Source of the DNA: a bacterium BMS3Bbin08
Lineage (GTDB): Bacteria; Nitrospirota; Thermodesulfovibrionia; UBA6902; BMS3Bbin08
Assembly: GCA_002897775.1 (NCBI GenBank)
Contig: BDTR01000025.1
Location: 454-64,453, forward strand
DNA length: 64,000 bases
Direction of reading: 5' to 3'
The first letter of the stretch is position 1, and each line of letters opens with the position of its first letter. Position numbers and translations under genes: made by a program. This document shows positions 19,738 to 28,632 of the stretch, in pieces. The notes beneath the pieces are model-generated. The model ran no database searches and was not told where the DNA came from. It saw nothing but the letters and a program-made list of their open reading frames with translations.

Positions 19738-21189
19738 TCATTTCTTCAGGAGCCTGTCTCTGTAATCTTCCACTATCCTTCCCCTGCTTCCTTCTTCCGT
19801 AGATTCAACAAGCTCGACCCTGCCGTCCTTCCTTGTGCGATAAGAGGAATTCTCGTCTTCCAGCTTTGGATAAAACCTGCCTGCAATGACCTCATACAGG
19901 TCTACTTTAAAAAGAGGCCTGCCAGGACCGGCCGCTCCTTCCCGCGAAAGATCGAGGAGCCCTTCGTTATCATTGACAGTATACAGTCCTCTTTCATTTT
20001 TATAGCCTACATAATACTTGCCCGCATCTTTATGATATACGTCAGCATTAAGGGGATAGAGCCTGTCATCCACCTTTTCAAAAAATTTATTCCCTTTTAT
20101 CCTGAAGTTCTTTTCTGAATTGCACAACACCCATTCAGAGGTTATCTTGTCAGGGCCGTGAGTGAGTATGGTCCTGTTCTGTTTGAGCGTGCTGTTCTTA
20201 AGCCCCCTGTAGTCAGTATGGACCGCGCCGGCGTTAACAGAAATATCATGGATAACAATTGCGCTATCATACGCGTGTATTGCCTGGTCATACCGTTCCT
20301 TACTCCAAACCCGCTCTATATAATCGTTTATATCCCCGTAAATAACAGACGCGGCCTCGAACTCCTTCTTTGACATGCCCGGCGTCTGTTTTCTTTTCTT
20401 TGTATAAAGCCTTTTCCACAGGTCCAGGTCATTGACTGTGTCAGAGCTGAAAACAAGAGTTTCTTTATCAGTACTGAACTTAAACCCGACAGCAGGGACA
20501 CCATGCCATACAGGAGCCTTTATCGCCTCAATGGTAAAACCCTCTTTGTCCCTGTATATGTTCTTGTCTTCTCCATAGAATACATTCGAAGAAAAGGGAT
20601 AATAGTTCTCAGGCTCGATCCACTCTTTGGAATCAGGGTCCCTGAACAACAACCGCGGCCTTCTGGTCTTGTTGCTGATAACTATCTTTGCTTTTTCAGA
20701 TCCCGCAACATTACCGGCTGTGTCGATCACATACAGGCCTGTTTTGCCGTTGCCCTCTTCAACAGAGGTTATACGGTATCTGGCGCGCGGGCCTACTATT
20801 TCGTAATCAATATAATCTTCATACGCAATGTCAATTACTTTCGAGGAATCCCGGGTAAGGCTTCTGTCCAGTGCCGCCGCTGATGTCGCGACAAGGTCAT
20901 CATGGATAGCCTCTGATGTAAGCAGAGAGACCCTGTTCGTAAAATCAGCCGCGTACATGTTAAACAGGGCAAGGTCGGTAAACCACCTCTTGTGGTCATC
21001 GTGACAGTGGGTGACCGTCAGGCCGCTTATCTCTTTCAGTCCATGGCCGCCTATTTGCTGGAAAAGAGGCGCTCCACAGTCAACGAGGTAACTGGACTTC
21101 CCTATGGTCACCCGGTAACCAATACTTTTACCCATCCTTGAGAACGGGCCGGAATCACCCAGCACATATAAAGTTATGCCGTCTTTCAT
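19738..21189 (-). CDS. metallo-beta-lactamase-fold hydrolase with large insertions (possible cyclic-nucleotide phosphodiesterase)
   Basis: 483 aa. The HxHxDH-type motif THCHDDH follows an LVDCG strand. It lies 46 nt upstream of, and co-oriented with, the cyclase gene. The PDE role is inference. Confidence 0.6.
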   Translation of the reverse strand: MKDGITLYVLGDSGPFSRMGKSIGYRVTIGKSSYLVDCGAPLFQQIGGHGLKEISGLTVTHCHDDHKRWFTDLALFNMYAADFTNRVSLLTSEAIHDDLVATSAAALDRSLTRDSSKVIDIAYEDYIDYEIVGPRARYRITSVEEGNGKTGLYVIDTAGNVAGSEKAKIVISNKTRRPRLLFRDPDSKEWIEPENYYPFSSNVFYGEDKNIYRDKEGFTIEAIKAPVWHGVPAVGFKFSTDKETLVFSSDTVNDLDLWKRLYTKKRKQTPGMSKKEFEAASVIYGDINDYIERVWSKERYDQAIHAYDSAIVIHDISVNAGAVHTDYRGLKNSTLKQNRTILTHGPDKITSEWVLCNSEKNFRIKGNKFFEKVDDRLYPLNADVYHKDAGKYYVGYKNERGLYTVNDNEGLLDLSREGAAGPGRPLFKVDLYEVIAGRFYPKLEDENSSYRTRKDGRVELVESTEEGSRGRIVEDYRDRLLKK

Positions 21190-21305
21190 TTAACGGATAT
21201 TTTAGCATTTTTTTTACTCAATGAATAGAAAAAATTACAATAATGCGCCGGTGTTCCGGAAAATCAGGCGACATTACGCAATTAAAATGTGTATCATAAA
21301 CGCTA

Positions 21306-21737
21306 ATGTTAAAAACCGAATCAGATAATAGCCCTATCCTGAAAAATACAGCCATTCATCTAAGCCTGATACTTTTAATTGGCCTTGTAGTCCGGCTGGT
21401 CTATCTGTGGCAGATCTCTGAATACCCCAATTTTTATGTGCCGTATCCGGGAATGGACGTTGCGTTTTACCATGACCGCGCAAAAGAAGTGGCCGGTGGG
21501 AATTTGCTTCTTGGCCATAACGCGTACTATTACGCTCCATTGTACGCGTATTTCCTTGGAGGACTGTACACACTTTTTGGTGATAGTTACTGGGTCGCGC
21601 GGCTTGCCAATGTCATCATTGGTGTCGGCAGCATCGCTCTTATCTATTTCCTGACCCTGAGACTGTTCAGGTCATACGGAACAGCCCAGACAGTGGCGTA
21701 CCCTTTCAAGCATGCTAAGACGGCTGGGCTATATTGA
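21306..21737 (+). pseudogene. N-terminal fragment of a GT39/ArnT-like membrane glycosyltransferase
   Basis: 143 aa of TM helices with a Y..PLYAYFLG pattern like the first ~130 residues of 500+ aa ArnT/PMT-family proteins. The ORF stops early and no continuation is seen. Confidence 0.4.
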
Positions 21738-21808
21738 AGAATCACAAAAAGCAAAGGAGAACGTCAAAAAATATAAACCCGGACGTTCTCCTCAAAAAAC
21801 CCGCTAAT

Positions 21809-23164
21809 CTATTCTTTTGATACTAGCGGCGGCGTTAAACACCCGCCTGAAACCGCTGAATTAAAAGGATCAAAAAGCGGAGCCGGGTTGACACCCCAGT
21901 AACATATATCAATACCGCCCGAACAACTGCCTGATGAGCTAATAGTTGGTCCCGTCGGCTCGGTTGTACTGTCGTGGTCCCACGAGTTATTAATTGCATC
22001 CACCTGAGTAGAACTATCGCTTATCAGGTCCGCGTCCCAGTTGCAGTAGATCTCACTATTCCTTACAGTTACATCGGCTTCATAGACCTCAATACCAAAG
22101 GCATTATTATAAATAGTATTGCCCGTGATATTAGCAACGCCGCCATCAATATATATCCCCCCGGATGCATTATCCGAAATTTCAGTGTCAGTTATAGTTA
22201 CGTTTGAATCATTGGCATAGATAGCTGTCTCACCGCCGCCGTTAATATCACGAATAATTGAATTGCTAACTACAGAGCCGTCACTGCTGATGCCTAAACT
22301 TATGCCTTCACCGGCGCAGCATCCGCCGCCCTCAATTAACACATTATCTATAGTCATTGGACCATTACTGAATATTCCTGTCTCATAATTATCAACGATC
22401 ACTCTGCATCCCTGAATTAATGCACCTGTTGCGCCTTGTATGGCAAGGCTCCAGGCATCAAACGCGTCAATAACCGTGGTAAAGTCCGATCCTGTGCAGA
22501 TCAGAGACATACCGCTTTGTAACAGAAGAGGGAAAGTCTCATTTCCCGGCCCCACCGCAAGCTCTGGTGCGGAAGGAGGCGGTGCGTAAGCATATCCGCC
22601 GGATCCATAATACGTACCGGCTGCTACACATATTACCGCGTTGTCGATCTCCCTGATGCCGGCCTCTTCAATGGCCCTGGTAATTGTCTCAAGCGGCATT
22701 GCTATTGAACCGTCATTTATATCGTCGTCTCCAGTATTGATATCAACGTAAATGTCACACTGGGTCCGCATATAAACAGTCACACTGGTCGGCCCCTGAA
22801 TATCCGCGCAGGTGACCCCTGAGTATAAAAGCCTTCCATCTCCGTCAAGCGCGTCTATCCTGAAACACCTGTCCGGGCCGTTTGGAACAACAAAAACAAC
22901 AGTAATTGTATCCTGGCCCTGCACATCCACTATTTCTTTCATGGGGCTCATATCCGGCCCTGTTACAGTGAACCTGAAAGTTTCTATTGACGCCGGGAAT
23001 AGTTCCGGGCCCTGCGCAGCGCTGCCTCCGGAACGCTCACCTATTGTGACAGATACCTCTGTCCAGCCTTCGTCAGAACTGTCGCTTACACTACTGCTGC
23101 CGCTGCTGCATGAAGCGATCAGCAAACATAACGCCAGTAAGCCTATATATTGCGGGAATTTCAT
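21809..23164 (-). CDS. lipoprotein with a shared N-terminal domain and a C-terminal right-handed parallel beta-helix region
   Basis: Lipobox LLIASC after the start at 23164, which has SD aaggag. The N-terminal ~120 aa are alignable to those of the 28633-30501 protein. PbH1-like repeats are present (NSIIRDINGGG, ITDTEISDNASGGIYIDG, ITGNTIYNNAFGIEV). Confidence 0.7.
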   Translation of the reverse strand: MKFPQYIGLLALCLLIASCSSGSSSVSDSSDEGWTEVSVTIGERSGGSAAQGPELFPASIETFRFTVTGPDMSPMKEIVDVQGQDTITVVFVVPNGPDRCFRIDALDGDGRLLYSGVTCADIQGPTSVTVYMRTQCDIYVDINTGDDDINDGSIAMPLETITRAIEEAGIREIDNAVICVAAGTYYGSGGYAYAPPPSAPELAVGPGNETFPLLLQSGMSLICTGSDFTTVIDAFDAWSLAIQGATGALIQGCRVIVDNYETGIFSNGPMTIDNVLIEGGGCCAGEGISLGISSDGSVVSNSIIRDINGGGETAIYANDSNVTITDTEISDNASGGIYIDGGVANITGNTIYNNAFGIEVYEADVTVRNSEIYCNWDADLISDSSTQVDAINNSWDHDSTTEPTGPTISSSGSCSGGIDICYWGVNPAPLFDPFNSAVSGGCLTPPLVSKE

Positions 23165-23238
23165 AATTCTTCTCCTTGAACTATATATATTCAAAAAAGC
23201 ACTTTATTTCTAAGCAACTCAGCCGGAGAGCATAAAAT

Positions 23239-23267
23239 AGTTTTCCACAATTCAGCTAAATTGTCAA
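23239..23267 (-). promoter_or_regulatory. candidate sigma70 promoter TTGACA-N17-AAAACT
   Basis: On the minus strand the -35 is at 23262-23267 and the -10 at 23239-23244, about 68 nt before the ATG at 23164. The architecture matches the sites at 25500-25528 and 27816-27844. Confidence 0.3.
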
Positions 23268-23334
23268 GAAACGATCCAATTACATATGTACAGCTTCTGC
23301 CTGCAACATACAGCTAATCACGCATAAATCGGCA

Positions 23335-24111
23335 TTAATAACCGAATTCCATTTCTACATTGACCGGCGAAACCGGATCTTCAGGCTCCTGGTCCGACCC
23401 CGGATCGACATCTCCTTCACTCAGCAGCTCTTCCGGCGTCTTCTTATCTTCTTCGCTGTGACCTTTGGGATAGTCTCCTATTACAATAATATCTCCCCAG
23501 TCATCGCCCAACAGCTCAAAGTCAGCGTCTTTGACGTCTTCAGGGTCCATACCCCATTCAACACGGGTCATCTCGCCTGCCTTGACAAGGACGCTTTTCT
23601 TGCCAAGTTTGCCGTCAATGACCGCTGTGACCTTTGACTCACCTTCGGTCACGATAACAATGGTAAACCACTTGCCCCCTATCTTCATATATTTCACATG
23701 GATGACCGTGCCTCGTGCCGCGGCTACAGCAGTGGCAGTGTGTATCTCAAGGTCAGACCTGCCGACCACGACTTTTAACGATCCGTCAATAAGCCTGTAG
23801 ATCGACTTTGACCTTTGTTTCTCTGGACTGTACAGATATTCTTCAACCACAAGTTTGCTCATCTCTCCAAGATTAATAATACTGTCATCAGTGAAAAACA
23901 GTTTTGCCCTTGATTTCTTTCCGGTCTCAACCGAATCCTTGAGCATGAGCTTCATCTGTGGCTCAGCGGCTTTCTTACTTTCACCCTGCACAATATGCAC
24001 CTGTTTCTTAACTGACAGGACATGTCCGACTTCTGTATCAGCCCCGGACCTTGCCGTACTCATAAAGACCATTGAAAGACATATCAACCCTGTTAACAAA
24101 TATTTTTTCAT
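23335..24111 (-). CDS. secreted FecR-domain protein, paralog 1
   Basis: 258 aa with a signal peptide. The block KLFFTDDSIINLGEMSKL...YRLIDGSLKV...IHTATAVAAARGT looks like FecR (PF04773). Acidic C-terminal tail. The start overlaps the upstream stop (ATGA). Confidence 0.7.
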   Translation of the reverse strand: MKKYLLTGLICLSMVFMSTARSGADTEVGHVLSVKKQVHIVQGESKKAAEPQMKLMLKDSVETGKKSRAKLFFTDDSIINLGEMSKLVVEEYLYSPEKQRSKSIYRLIDGSLKVVVGRSDLEIHTATAVAAARGTVIHVKYMKIGGKWFTIVIVTEGESKVTAVIDGKLGKKSVLVKAGEMTRVEWGMDPEDVKDADFELLGDDWGDIIVIGDYPKGHSEEDKKTPEELLSEGDVDPGSDQEPEDPVSPVNVEMEFGY

Positions 24112-25415
24112 AGCACACCTACCTTTAAGAATATTCCAACAATGTTCCTGCTGTAATCATAATTGCTCAGATTGGAGCTATTGTTGGTATAAGTATCTGT
24201 CAAGGCGACACTCAGCCTGTCCGGAATGATATAGTAAGTAAGCTTTGCGCCGTATTTCGTCATCTCGTCTTTCCTCTTGAGTGAAGAACCGAGGAAAACA
24301 GCCTTATGGCTTCTTTTATTATACTCGCCTGAAACACTTATAAACAGCGGAGTTGTTATCTGATAGACAAGCTTCGCGCCGGCCCTGTGCCCGTCATATG
24401 ACCAGTAAGCAGTCTCCGCCCTGTTGAAATCAGCGAAATAAAAAACATGTCCAGCCAGTTTTTTAACTGTAAAGTTCTGCTTTATGCCGTACGTGTTAGT
24501 ATGCCCTCTGCGCAGCCGGTTAGTGCTGAACAAAGGCGCGTCCCAGTACTTGTTGTCCTTATATTCGATTATTGCTTCGGTTGACAGATGCTTTCCCTCT
24601 TTTAATTTCAGTTTGCCCTGATAAATATGCTTCCTGCTGTAAAGCTCATCTCCAAACAGTGTGTATGTCAGAGTATAGCCTGCCGTAGCCTGAAGCGGTT
24701 CCAATATATCAACAACTATGTACGGGTTTATATTGTGATAATGGATATTATAATCATCAAGGTCCGCGTGAAAACTCTGATAAAACTTATAATTTACCTT
24801 AAGCTTTGCCGGCCCTATCTCATATAATGTGGCGGCGGCGGATATGTATACGGTCCCTCTGATGTCATCCGCGTCACCAGCGCCCGCAACCGGAGGGTTG
24901 TCAGGTTCAAGTATTACATTGCTGTCATACTGTCCGCCGAGTGTAATATCAAGTTTGTAGCGTTTTTCCCCTCTTCTTTCTTTTTTGCAGTCTTTCCGCA
25001 TTTTCTCAGCCTGTTTCTTAAGCGGGCTTTCTGCCGTAAGCGCAATAAACCTTGAAAAGTTGCCCGAAGACTTACTGCATTCAAAGGTCAGGTAATAAAT
25101 ACGGCCAAGTTCAAAATATGCTTCCACAGCGTCTTTATCAAGCTGAAGGACTTTGTGAAATGCTGTTTCAGCCTTTTTATAATTCTTAAGCCCTGTGTAT
25201 GCGACACCTGAGTAAAAGACCGCCTCAATGCTGTTAGGCGATATCTTTATTGCCCTTTTTAGCAGCATAAGCGCTGAGCTGTAATTTTGTTCATTGATCT
25301 TCTGAATACCCCTGGCAACGTACAGTTCGGCATCCTCTGTTCTCGCGTGGACCACCGGCACTGCTGATATAAGAAGAAAAACAAAAGTTATCAGGCATGC
25401 AAAATATCTTTTCAT
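24108..25415 (-). CDS. TPR-repeat plus predicted outer-membrane beta-barrel protein, paralog 1 (Slam/DUF560-like architecture)
   Basis: 435 aa. Signal peptide, about 130 aa of TPR, a charged linker, then about 270 aa with an alternating beta-strand pattern starting KLDITLGGQYDSNV. SD aggaggtggg. Assignment to DUF560 is unverified. Confidence 0.55.
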   Translation of the reverse strand: MKRYFACLITFVFLLISAVPVVHARTEDAELYVARGIQKINEQNYSSALMLLKRAIKISPNSIEAVFYSGVAYTGLKNYKKAETAFHKVLQLDKDAVEAYFELGRIYYLTFECSKSSGNFSRFIALTAESPLKKQAEKMRKDCKKERRGEKRYKLDITLGGQYDSNVILEPDNPPVAGAGDADDIRGTVYISAAATLYEIGPAKLKVNYKFYQSFHADLDDYNIHYHNINPYIVVDILEPLQATAGYTLTYTLFGDELYSRKHIYQGKLKLKEGKHLSTEAIIEYKDNKYWDAPLFSTNRLRRGHTNTYGIKQNFTVKKLAGHVFYFADFNRAETAYWSYDGHRAGAKLVYQITTPLFISVSGEYNKRSHKAVFLGSSLKRKDEMTKYGAKLTYYIIPDRLSVALTDTYTNNSSNLSNYDYSRNIVGIFLKVGVL

Positions 25416-25499
25416 TTTAATAATCCCACCTCCTGATCTATAGCTTTTTTGTTATATATTAAAATATTAATATGTTTGCGTGAAGGCTAAATCTTGCTT

Positions 25500-25528
25500 A
25501 TTTTTCCATAAGTTACAGGGTTTGTCAA
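25500..25528 (-). promoter_or_regulatory. candidate sigma70 promoter TTGACA-N17-AAAAAT
   Basis: On the minus strand the -35 is at 25523-25528 and the -10 at 25500-25505, within the 221-nt gap between the two duplicated modules. Confidence 0.35.
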
Positions 25529-25636
25529 GGTTAAATTAACCTATAAATAATGTTAATTTAACTCCTTTGATTTTCAGATTTATCCCTGTTAAATATGTAT
25601 TCCAAATATCTTATAAATTATCTACTACTACAACTA

Positions 25637-26440
25637 CTACTGGAAATCCAGATCAATTGTCACCGGAATTGTCTCAGTAGTCGCCGGCTCCTGTTCTTCT
25701 ATCGGAGGTAAATCACCCTCCTCAACAGGATCTCCTTCAAGGGGATCGCCTTCGCCTTCTTCAATAAGTGTTTCATCCAGCGGCGGCAATGGCTCGCCTG
25801 AATCATACACCTGGTCGCCTATTACAATGGTAGCCTCCTCAAACTGCTCTATCACGGCAGGGTCAAACGGGACCTTCTCAAGACCCCCCCCCTCTGTGGT
25901 CTGGCCCATTTCTCCGGCGCCAAGCGGAAGCGGCTCTCCTATGCCTGTGAGGTCAGTAAGTATGGCGTCTCCTTCTGTGACTATCATCCATGTAAACAGG
26001 TTGCCGTCAGCATCACGGTCAACACCGATATAAATAACAGTTCCCCTTGCAGCCGCGACCGCGGTCGGTGTGTGTATCTCAAGGTCTGACCTGCCTACAA
26101 CGACCTTTAAAGAACCGTCCAGCAGTCTGTAAATTGACTTGGACCTCTTCTTCTCCGGACTGTATAAGTATTCTTCAACCTCTACCCTGCTCTTCTCGCC
26201 AAGGCTCAGGATACTGTCATCACTGAAAAACAGTTTTGTCCTTGATCTCTTGCCTGTCTCCACCGCATCCTTGAGCATAAGCTTCATCTTAGGCTTCGCG
26301 TCCTTTTTCATGTTGTCGCGCACGACATATACGTCTTTCTTCACTGACAGGACCTGTCCGGCCTCTGTCCCGGCATAGGACGCTGTAGCCGCGAATACCA
26401 TTAAAAGACAAACAAAACCTGTCAATCCATATTTTCTCAT
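25637..26440 (-). CDS. secreted FecR-domain protein, paralog 2
   Basis: 267 aa. The N-terminal ~140 aa are highly similar to the 23335-24111 product. The C-terminal half has diverged and is acidic and proline-rich. ATGA overlap with the upstream gene. Confidence 0.7.
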   Translation of the reverse strand: MRKYGLTGFVCLLMVFAATASYAGTEAGQVLSVKKDVYVVRDNMKKDAKPKMKLMLKDAVETGKRSRTKLFFSDDSILSLGEKSRVEVEEYLYSPEKKRSKSIYRLLDGSLKVVVGRSDLEIHTPTAVAAARGTVIYIGVDRDADGNLFTWMIVTEGDAILTDLTGIGEPLPLGAGEMGQTTEGGGLEKVPFDPAVIEQFEEATIVIGDQVYDSGEPLPPLDETLIEEGEGDPLEGDPVEEGDLPPIEEQEPATTETIPVTIDLDFQ

Positions 26441-27753
26441 AGCACACCTGCTTTCAGGAATATTCCCGCAACATTCCTTTCATAATCATAGTCCAATAAA
26501 TTGGAATCATTAATTGTGTATGTATCCGCTATTATAACGCTCAGAACTTTTGAGACCTTGTAGGTAAACCCTATGTAGTACTTCTGCATCTTGTCCAACC
26601 TCTTAGCAGTAAAACCGGCGAAAATGTCCTTGTGTTGCCGCCTGTTGTATTCACCGGAAACTTTCACCTGCAGAGATGGTATTATCTTGTAACATACTTT
26701 GCCGCCTGCCCTGTAACCGTCAAATGACCAGTACCTCACTTCAGCTCTCTTAAAGTCTGCATAACCATATATGCCGGCGCAAAACTTTTTAATATAAAGT
26801 TTCTGCTTCAGGCCAAATGTGTTCTGATGCCCACTGCGCAGGGAATTCGTGGTAAACAGGTCATCATCCCAGTACTTGATATCCTTATACTCATAAATTC
26901 CTTCTGTGACAAGATGTTTGCCCTCTTTGACCTGAGCTTTTCCCTGGTAAGTATGAACTCTGCTGTAAAGGTCGTTGCCAAGAAGCGTATAATCCAGCGT
27001 GTAACCGGCGGTTGCAGTTACCGGGCCCATAACATCCACTACAACAGCAGGATTGAATCTATAATACTGCAGATTATATTCCTCCAGGTTGCCGTGCACG
27101 CTGTTATAAGTAAGGGCATTAGCCTTCAGCTTCACTGGTCCTGTTTTGAATATAGTACCCCTGGCCGCGATAATTGCCACGCCCCGCCCGTCTTCTTTCC
27201 TGTCTCTTCTTTCTAAACCAGAAGGCGGGTTTGACGGCTCAAGTATTACATTGCTGTCATGCTGACCGCCTACAGTAATATTAAGCTTGAAGCTTTTTTT
27301 CTCTTTTTTAGCTTCTTTTCTACAGCTATTCTTCAGTCTTATTGCGTACTGCTTTGCTGATTCATTATCCGTACGGGATATAAACCTTGAAAGATAAGAT
27401 GAGGACTTGTCACACCTGCCTGTGGAATAATAAACACTGCCAAGTTCAAGAAAGGCGTTCATAGATGTTTTGTCCAGGCTGATCGTCCTTAAAAGTAATT
27501 TTTCAGCCTTTTTATATTCACCAAGCCTTGAGTGCGCGATCCCTGTATAATATGTTGCTTCAGGGTCATTAGGCGACATGCTCAAGGCCTTTTCTAACAC
27601 TTTTAAGGCTTCGCCATAGCGTTCTTCGTTTATCTTCTGAATGCCCTGCGCAATATACAACTCGTAGTCATTGGCACTCAGGTCAGGCGGGGATATTACA
27701 GAAAAGGAAAAAATAACCAACAGACATGCTAGAATACCTCTCAGAATAGTCAT
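26437..27753 (-). CDS. TPR-repeat plus predicted outer-membrane beta-barrel protein, paralog 2
   Basis: Collinear with the 24108-25415 product (KLNITVGGQHDSNVILEPSNPP, C-terminus GIFLKAGVL). I prefer the ATG at 27753, preceded by gtggaggtgg, to the ORF-track start at 27825. Confidence 0.55.
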   Translation of the reverse strand: MTILRGILACLLVIFSFSVISPPDLSANDYELYIAQGIQKINEERYGEALKVLEKALSMSPNDPEATYYTGIAHSRLGEYKKAEKLLLRTISLDKTSMNAFLELGSVYYSTGRCDKSSSYLSRFISRTDNESAKQYAIRLKNSCRKEAKKEKKSFKLNITVGGQHDSNVILEPSNPPSGLERRDRKEDGRGVAIIAARGTIFKTGPVKLKANALTYNSVHGNLEEYNLQYYRFNPAVVVDVMGPVTATAGYTLDYTLLGNDLYSRVHTYQGKAQVKEGKHLVTEGIYEYKDIKYWDDDLFTTNSLRSGHQNTFGLKQKLYIKKFCAGIYGYADFKRAEVRYWSFDGYRAGGKVCYKIIPSLQVKVSGEYNRRQHKDIFAGFTAKRLDKMQKYYIGFTYKVSKVLSVIIADTYTINDSNLLDYDYERNVAGIFLKAGVL

Positions 27754-27815
27754 TCCACCTCCACTTATCATTATTAAGGTAAGATTATTTACAATAAATC
27801 GGCGTTGATTGCATA

Positions 27816-27844
27816 ATTTTTTCATAATAGCCCGATTTTGTCAA
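27816..27844 (-). promoter_or_regulatory. candidate sigma70 promoter TTGACA-N17-AAAAAT
   Basis: On the minus strand the -35 is at 27839-27844 and the -10 at 27816-27821, about 60 nt before the ATG at 27753. Confidence 0.35.
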
Positions 27845-27855
27845 GGCAAAATTCA

Positions 27856-28563
27856 CTATTTTATCCCTGAAAATCCAAAATCCATCTCCATTGTTTTACC
27901 CACTGTTGTTCCTTCCGGTTTTTCAGCAGTATATGTTCCGGGAATTCTGAGGATCTTTGCCTCATTGTCCCAGACCGCCGTACGGGTCTTTATGAGCTTT
28001 CCAGTAAAAAAATCCTCCACACTGACTCCTTTCATATTGATCTTTTTTCTCTTGAAGTCAATACGGGCTTTATCTGCCTTGAGCAGTAAGAAAGGCTCAT
28101 CAGCTTTATATATCCTGATCTCAAGGCCGTCTATAAGCCCGCGTGTGATAAGACCCAATCCTTGGGTACCGGTCCTGCCCTGTTCATCAAGGGTCAGGAT
28201 GCTTCGCGCTGTGGAAAGCAGGTCCACTTTTGAAGACATATCATCATTTGAAGGCATATCATCATAAAGATAGAACTCCAGCCTGGCATTTGTAAGGACG
28301 GCTTCATTAAAAGGCCGCACATTGAATACCCAGAATTTTCTCTTTTTTACCTTGAGCTCATCAGCTTCAATTCTGGCTATAAGCCTGCCCTTATCATGGG
28401 TGCTGTAGGAAAGGCCTTTAATTTTAAGGGGATGAACAGATGTTTTCTGTTTTTTTACCTGAGGCTGTAGCTCATGGTCCCGGCCTGTGCGCCAGAGGAT
28501 AAGCATAACGCAAACGCCAAAGACCAGTATTAAAAAAACCGTTATAAAACGGGAACGGGGCAT
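27856..28563 (-). CDS. N-terminally membrane-anchored periplasmic protein (possible LptC/OstA-like beta-jellyroll)
   Basis: 235 aa. Single TM segment (FITVFLILVFGVCVMLILW) followed by a beta-rich body. The LptC-like impression comes only from size, topology and strand pattern. Confidence 0.4.
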   Translation of the reverse strand: MPRSRFITVFLILVFGVCVMLILWRTGRDHELQPQVKKQKTSVHPLKIKGLSYSTHDKGRLIARIEADELKVKKRKFWVFNVRPFNEAVLTNARLEFYLYDDMPSNDDMSSKVDLLSTARSILTLDEQGRTGTQGLGLITRGLIDGLEIRIYKADEPFLLLKADKARIDFKRKKINMKGVSVEDFFTGKLIKTRTAVWDNEAKILRIPGTYTAEKPEGTTVGKTMEMDFGFSGIK

Positions 28564-28583
28564 AAATTTTATACCTTAGAGGA

Positions 28584-28617
28584 TAAAAACGGGTAGGGCT
28601 TTACAAAGCCCTACCCG
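28584..28617 (-). terminator. Rho-independent terminator after the 28633-30501 gene
   Basis: Perfect 10-bp stem cgggtagggc / gccctacccg (28590-99 / 28608-17) with an 8-nt loop. It is followed on the minus strand by TTTTTA. Confidence 0.7.
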
Positions 28618-28632
28618 CAAACTTATTCTTAA

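Noticed and set aside
25621-25642. CTACTA-type 3/6-nt repeat at the end of the FecR paralog 2 gene, as another member of the heptamer class.
   Set aside because: The period is 3/6 rather than 7/8. It overlaps the stop codon and lies 200 nt from the next start, so it does not fit the pattern.
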